Shown here: one piece after another, positions 59,396 through 64,000 of the stretch | Layout of the letters: each line of letters opens with the position of its first letter | Position numbering within the stretch: the first letter of the stretch is position 1 | Assembly (NCBI GenBank): GCA_964558645.1 | Contig: CAZLEV010000002.1 | Location: 345,350-409,349, forward strand | DNA: 64,000 bases | Source of the DNA: an uncultured archaeon | GTDB lineage: Archaea; Asgardarchaeota; Thorarchaeia; Thorarchaeales; Thorarchaeaceae | Reading direction: 5' to 3' | Notes under the pieces: model-generated | Told to the model about the DNA's origin: nothing | The model's input: the letters and a program-made list of their open reading frames with translations, nothing else | Databases searched by the model: none | Program-made: the position numbers and the translations under genes

Positions 59396-61081
59396 ATGAG
59401 AATGTGTGACGACAGGGAAGGATGCCTGTACGGTACACAGAGCCGTGGTCTTCCGAGTAATAGGGAGGTCAGGTATTCTGGGAAATCAGGTGACAGACTG
59501 TTTCAGCGCAGAGAGCTAACTTTGAGAAAAGGAATTCGAGATATCCGCCATCAGAGGAACGAAGCAGACAAACAGGAATGTCTGGAAGGCAGGAGATTTC
59601 GAGTCGCCGTCAAACAATATGGCTCTATTCTGAACATCGAGAAACTCGCAGATACTCTATGTTATCTCGTTGAAGGAGATAATGGGCGGGTCACTTTCCG
59701 CGAGCTCAATCTTGATGGTCTAGACGATAGGAGCCTGAGAAGATTCAAGCAAGCAGCCGACGAGAACAAGAGTGTTCTTGAAGCGAGTCTCGGAGAACGG
59801 ATTCGGCTGAAGGGTCGCCATGAAGAAGTCAAGGTTGGCCTAGCCGGTGATCGTGTGTATGTCTGGAGGGTCAATCGGACGCCAAACGATATGCTCAATG
59901 TCTGGGGCGACCGACATTTCCACTTCAAGAAGGACGAATATGCCAAGATTATCGATAGCCTGAGTTCAGAATTGCAGCTGCCCGAGGGCAAGTCGGAGAG
60001 AGCTCAGTATCTCAACGAGCTTATTCGAAACATGGTTTCTGTTGATGCCACAAGCAAGATTCTACATCGCAAGGCGAAACCACATCTAATCGGGGACATG
60101 CTCCACTTTGTTCGTGATACGATAGGTGTCGACAATGAGTACTTCGAAGGAAAAATGACCAAGGTGACGTCACGATTCAATAGAGGTGCGATAGATAATC
60201 CCAAGCTTCCTACAGGGCAGACGCTTGAGATACTACGTGCGAAACTTGGAGCCGTTGTCAATAGTGATTGCTGGATTGGCGGAAATGGAATAATGTGGTA
60301 CTATGAAGGCAATGTTGATCGAATTAGAATCGTCGAGAAGATGTTCCAGCAATTCGGTGATATCAAAATGAAGATGGCAGAGGCGGAAAACAACACAAGC
60401 TACAGAATGCTTATGCCACGACACATCGGTAGAGCATTCATCTATTGGGGGTTCGCGACCGATGACAAGTCAATTCGAAATCAAAGACTAGTTGAGAGCA
60501 TTCGAGAAGGCTCTAGAGAAGCATGGATTCATTATCTCAGAGAACTAATACCGGAGGATGGGTCCTTCAACAGCTGTAGTGGTTTTCAGTGGAGCCGATC
60601 AGTTGTGCTGAATCCCGGCAGGCAGGATGCAAAATACCGATTGACTCCCAAACTGGATGATAATCAAATCTCGTTCATCAGAGAGAACGGGCGTCATGAC
60701 AAGAAGAGAGGGTATGTTCACCTCCAGCTTGCTGAATATCTCAAGGCTGACGACAAATCAAAGACTGATATTGTCAAGAGTTTTGAGAGGGAAGTTTCGG
60801 AGAACAGATGCAACCTCTTAGATGATGAGGCGAGTCTTGCACAGAACCTAGGGATAGGAGTAAGAGTCTATCCAGAGTGCATAACGTTATACAAAGAAAC
60901 CGGAAGGGTTTCGATCAAATGGGTTGCTTCGACTCAGAATGTGGAGAATACCATCAAATGGTGTCTGATTGCGATGCCAGATGACATACGAAAACGTGGA
61001 CTTGTGCAAGAATGGCTCGCGCAAAGGCCAGATAATGCCGAGAGAGTAAGAAAAGAACTCGAGAGTCGTGGAACTCTGTAA
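59396..61081 (+). CDS. Free-standing protein with a divergent two-motif LAGLIDADG endonuclease-like domain
   Basis: LGAVVNSDCWI and YLRELIPEDGSF about 100 aa apart, with an intervening WGFATDDKS...LVESIREGSREAW segment typical of DOD endonucleases. Confidence 0.6.
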   Translation: MRMCDDREGCLYGTQSRGLPSNREVRYSGKSGDRLFQRRELTLRKGIRDIRHQRNEADKQECLEGRRFRVAVKQYGSILNIEKLADTLCYLVEGDNGRVTFRELNLDGLDDRSLRRFKQAADENKSVLEASLGERIRLKGRHEEVKVGLAGDRVYVWRVNRTPNDMLNVWGDRHFHFKKDEYAKIIDSLSSELQLPEGKSERAQYLNELIRNMVSVDATSKILHRKAKPHLIGDMLHFVRDTIGVDNEYFEGKMTKVTSRFNRGAIDNPKLPTGQTLEILRAKLGAVVNSDCWIGGNGIMWYYEGNVDRIRIVEKMFQQFGDIKMKMAEAENNTSYRMLMPRHIGRAFIYWGFATDDKSIRNQRLVESIREGSREAWIHYLRELIPEDGSFNSCSGFQWSRSVVLNPGRQDAKYRLTPKLDDNQISFIRENGRHDKKRGYVHLQLAEYLKADDKSKTDIVKSFEREVSENRCNLLDDEASLAQNLGIGVRVYPECITLYKETGRVSIKWVASTQNVENTIKWCLIAMPDDIRKRGLVQEWLAQRPDNAERVRKELESRGTL

Positions 61082-61090
61082 AAGAATGAA

Positions 61091-61227
61091 TGGTGGACCG
61101 GACGTGATTTGAACACGTGACCTCTTCCATTTTGGAAGTCAGGCTAGTCCTTGACGGTTGCCAAGGAAGCAATCTATATCCCTGTGGCCTCAAGAGGGAG
61201 GGCACAACCGGGCTAATCTACCGGCCC
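61091..61227 (-). tRNA. tRNA-Ala(GGC) with two BHB introns (D-loop 61177-61207, 31 nt; canonical 37/38 61130-61158, 29 nt)
   Basis: GGGCCGG/CCGGTCC acceptor with G3:U70, CTTCC/GGAAG anticodon stem, TTCAAAT T loop, CCA; removing both introns gives a 77-nt cloverleaf. Confidence 0.9.
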
Positions 61228-61970
61228 ACGGGTTGATTTCGAGTTCATGAACAGACGGTTAAAAGAATTGTGGAGTGTATTGTAATGGATTCAGCAATCA
61301 CTCAGCTGCGTTTCTCATAGTCCCCATCTGGTGCTACAACAGGTTTGTCATCTGATCTGTAGTTCGTTTCTATCGCAAGACCGTAGCGGTAGAGGAATCG
61401 ACACAGTCTTGGCAACCAAAGCCGAGTGACAAAGTACTGCAACCTGTGAAAGGAACTAGTACAGTGCCAATACCTCATAATCATCTGTAGTGATTTCAGC
61501 AAAGTAGAGCAGGCCGTGCCAATTGTCACAAGGTCTAATCAGGAAGCGTTCTCGTTCAAACCCATAGTTCCAGCCAAGAGGGCCCTCGTCCTGTTGGAGG
61601 TATAGCAAATCGGAGAGGCAGGTGGGATTGATTCGGCCATTCTTGTTTACACATCTAACTGATCTTAATCGACTCTGTATTGACACATTCACCTCTGAAA
61701 GCAAAGATAAATGCTGAGAGGTTCTTATCGCTATTATCCCAGAGCCAGAAGAGAAGGGAAATTGCTCTAGGTGTGATGTGATGGTGGCCTGAGTAATCCG
61801 GTGATGTCTTAAGAATCAGGCAGAACAAGTTAGATGTCCCACCACTATCCCCAGCATTGACGTACACTGTTTCAGGAAAGTCATGATAGAGGAATTGCGC
61901 AGATTCCATCCGATTCATCATCCGCGTTTCAACAACGTATTGAAAAAGCCTGAAGGTAGAGAGAAACACT

Positions 61971-62543
61971 ATGAGCCGCGAGTCTGACATATTCACGACA
62001 CCTGTTCAGAGAATTCCACTCAGATGCATACCTGAAGGGGGGCTAGTCCTAGACATCGGTGGAGGCGGTGAGGGGTTAGTATCAAGGCTGGAAGGAGAGC
62101 GAGTTTGTGCTGTGGATATTCTTCTGAACAAGATTCGAGAGGCTCAAATCTATGGTGTCAACTCGCAGTGGGTCCAGGGCGATGCGAGAGCTCTCGGAAT
62201 CAGAAACGTAACGTTCGGTTTCGTGACCTGTTGGTTCTCATTGAGCTACTTGCCTGAGAAGCAAGCAAAGCACAAAGTACTCAGAGAGACGCATCGTGTC
62301 CTCAAGAGAGAAGGACTATTGTCAATCATGGGGATAAACATACTTGAGAATACAGTGAGGCATGTGTTCAACGCTGAATTCGTCTTTCCAGACGGCTATA
62401 TCTCAAAGATGAGTTATGCGGTATCGGGAACTCAAGATCAAACGATGGAGTCGCTCATCAATCTAGGGGAAGAGATCGGATTCACTCTTCAACGTGCGTT
62501 GGACCATGAGTACTGGTTTGAAGTCACCATGAAGAAGACATGA
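61971..62543 (+). CDS. Class I SAM-dependent methyltransferase
   Basis: VLDIGGGGEG, GDARAL, HRVLKREG. Confidence 0.85.
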   Translation: MSRESDIFTTPVQRIPLRCIPEGGLVLDIGGGGEGLVSRLEGERVCAVDILLNKIREAQIYGVNSQWVQGDARALGIRNVTFGFVTCWFSLSYLPEKQAKHKVLRETHRVLKREGLLSIMGINILENTVRHVFNAEFVFPDGYISKMSYAVSGTQDQTMESLINLGEEIGFTLQRALDHEYWFEVTMKKT

Positions 62544-62607
62544 GAGGCTCTGTTCCAAAAGCTTAAAGTGCGGACCAAAATCCTAGCGAATAGACTGACT
62601 CTTCAGG

Positions 62608-63135
62608 TTGAGAATCATGAGCCTAGCAGTTTGGTGGAGACGCGGAAGTAAGCCTGGACTGATTATCATGTTCCTAGGGATTGCTGGATTTGTACAGGTT
62701 CCCGTGCTGTGGCATGCACAGACCTATGTGAAAGTTCTGAGTGCAGAGTTGCAGCTTATTGTTGCACTTGGTGCCATGGCTGTGCTTGGCGGTGCCTTCG
62801 TCATCATGGCTGAAGCGATGTACAGGTGGGCGCACATCGTTTCCAAGCGCAAGGTAAGAAGACGGCAGAGGTCTCAAGCAGGGTTCATCGCCAAGCTGTC
62901 AGAAGCAGCCAGGTCATATGCGGACTTGCCCGCATTCATCGGAGTTGCCCTCTTGAGCTGTGTGTTCCTGACGTTCTACTTTGTTCCCTTTGGAGTTGCA
63001 GACTTCACACAACAACCGTCATGGCTCGCCCCGATAGTTTTCTTGGATTCGCTCTACGTGTATCCACTTGCCGTGAACGTCTCGGCCGTCCTCAGCGCAC
63101 TTGTTGCGAGTTACATGAATCATAAGATCAAGTAG
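62608..63135 (+). CDS. Hypothetical membrane protein (about 4 TM)
   Basis: Hydrophobic segments separated by a basic loop. Confidence 0.6.
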   Translation: MRIMSLAVWWRRGSKPGLIIMFLGIAGFVQVPVLWHAQTYVKVLSAELQLIVALGAMAVLGGAFVIMAEAMYRWAHIVSKRKVRRRQRSQAGFIAKLSEAARSYADLPAFIGVALLSCVFLTFYFVPFGVADFTQQPSWLAPIVFLDSLYVYPLAVNVSAVLSALVASYMNHKIK

Positions 63136-63218
63136 CTCCTCTCTTCTGATTCTGCAGAGGCCTCTCCAAACGAAATGTTTAAGACGCATATACTTTAACT
63201 ATAGTTTAGTTGATACCA

Positions 63219-63695
63219 ATGAGCGGCGGTCCAAAGATAGGAACAAAAGCACCAGACTTCACACTTCTGGAGGCGCCTGGTGAATCAGTATCCCTAAACG
63301 AAGAGCTGAAGAGAGGGCCTGTTGTATTAGCATTCTATCCAGCTGACTTCTCCTCAACCTGCCAAGAGGAACTCTGTAGGCTCAGAGATGCACTTACGGA
63401 CTTCAACGAGCTCGGAGCAAATGTCCTAGGAGTATCAGTGGATGGAATCTTCAGCCATATGGCCTTCAAGAAAGCGAATGACATACAATTCCCGTTATTA
63501 TCAGACTGGGAGAAGGATGTTATCCACAAATATGATGTGGTCCATCCAAACTTGGCAGGAATGAAAGATGTGGCCAAGCGATCCGTATTCGTCATCGATA
63601 CAGACGGCACTATTGTCTACAAGTGGGTGAGTGATGATCCAAGCAAGTTGCCACCCATTGATGAGATAGAAGAGGCAGTTCGGGACCTACAGTAG
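63219..63695 (+). CDS. Peroxiredoxin (AhpC/TSA, Bcp/AhpE-like)
   Basis: APDFTL, FYPADFSSTCQEELC, FPLLSD, RSVFVID. Confidence 0.9.
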   Translation: MSGGPKIGTKAPDFTLLEAPGESVSLNEELKRGPVVLAFYPADFSSTCQEELCRLRDALTDFNELGANVLGVSVDGIFSHMAFKKANDIQFPLLSDWEKDVIHKYDVVHPNLAGMKDVAKRSVFVIDTDGTIVYKWVSDDPSKLPPIDEIEEAVRDLQ

Positions 63696-63769
63696 GCAGG
63701 CAATGTCCACTACCTCTATATCAGACTTAGAGCCGAAAAAGGGATGCGGCCTCTCTCAGGCTCAGATTT

Positions 63770-63831
63770 GCCGAGATAGATTAGCCCGGGAGATCGCGCG
63801 GCTGAAGACCGCGTTGTCGAGTGTTCAAATC
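63770..63831 (+). pseudogene. 3'-truncated tRNA-Phe(GAA) copy
   Basis: GCCGAGA...CGCGG-CTGAAGA-CCGCG...GAGTG-TTCAAAT-C, then diverges; lacks the 3' T-stem and acceptor strands. Confidence 0.75.
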
Positions 63832-63945
63832 GAATGGGAATTTCCCCATCAGGGATAGATATCGTCCTGGTTTTGCATCAATGCCGAGAGTAGTTGTGTT
63901 GACTACGTTATCTTTATATCTCGACAACCGCGGTAGTAGTTCTGA

Positions 63946-64000
63946 GCCGAGATAGATTAGCCCGGGAGATCGCGCGGCTGAAGACCGCGTTGTCGAGTGT
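63946..64000 (+). tRNA. tRNA-Phe(GAA), cut by the window edge
   Basis: 55 nt identical to 63770-63824; TTTATAT box at 63913-63919 about 26 nt upstream. Confidence 0.75.

Noticed and set aside
61302-61996. Three overlapping minus-strand ORFs that might be a frameshifted pseudogene
   Set aside because: No recognisable family, so they cannot be distinguished from chance ORFs without a search.
63770-64000. CRISPR-like repeat-spacer-repeat
   Set aside because: The repeat is at least 55 nt of tRNA-Phe, the spacer is too long, and no cas genes are present.

Overview
64 kb of an archaeal chromosome, most likely an Asgard archaeon of the Thorarchaeia type. This is inferred from two tandem profilin-like genes, eL38, proteasome genes, GGTGA/GGAGG Shine-Dalgarno motifs and BHB tRNA introns. 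Most of the window is housekeeping: sucCD, thrC, eL40/tRNA-Val/eL38, Alba, TruD, Pth2, geranylgeranyl reductase, the Pus10-eL21-RpoF-DUF655-RsmA-HemK2-SlyD-PsmB-aCPSF1 cluster and Lsm-eL37. There is also a giant surface protein/DUF4350/MoxR/DUF58 operon. Two things the ORF track does not explain stand out. (1) A small, ORF-less insertion element present in two related forms: a 479-bp copy (40448-40932) carrying a roughly 350-nt highly structured RNA-like core, and a 174-bp internally deleted copy (59063-59245) that interrupts a gene. Both are bounded by ATCTRG direct repeats and share colinear left and right ends. (2) A closely packed operon of four 30-40 aa micro-ORFs (11051-11481, minus strand), three of which end in a conserved A-[VL]-[AG]-Y-[AS]-[YF]-x-Y-R(R) motif, divergent from an ArsR-type regulator. 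Also notable: a two-intron tRNA-Ala, a duplicated and truncated tRNA-Phe, a free-standing LAGLIDADG-like gene, a catalytically dead Hel308-SWIM fusion and a pseudo-transglutaminase. All calls were made by eye from motifs; no database searches were run.
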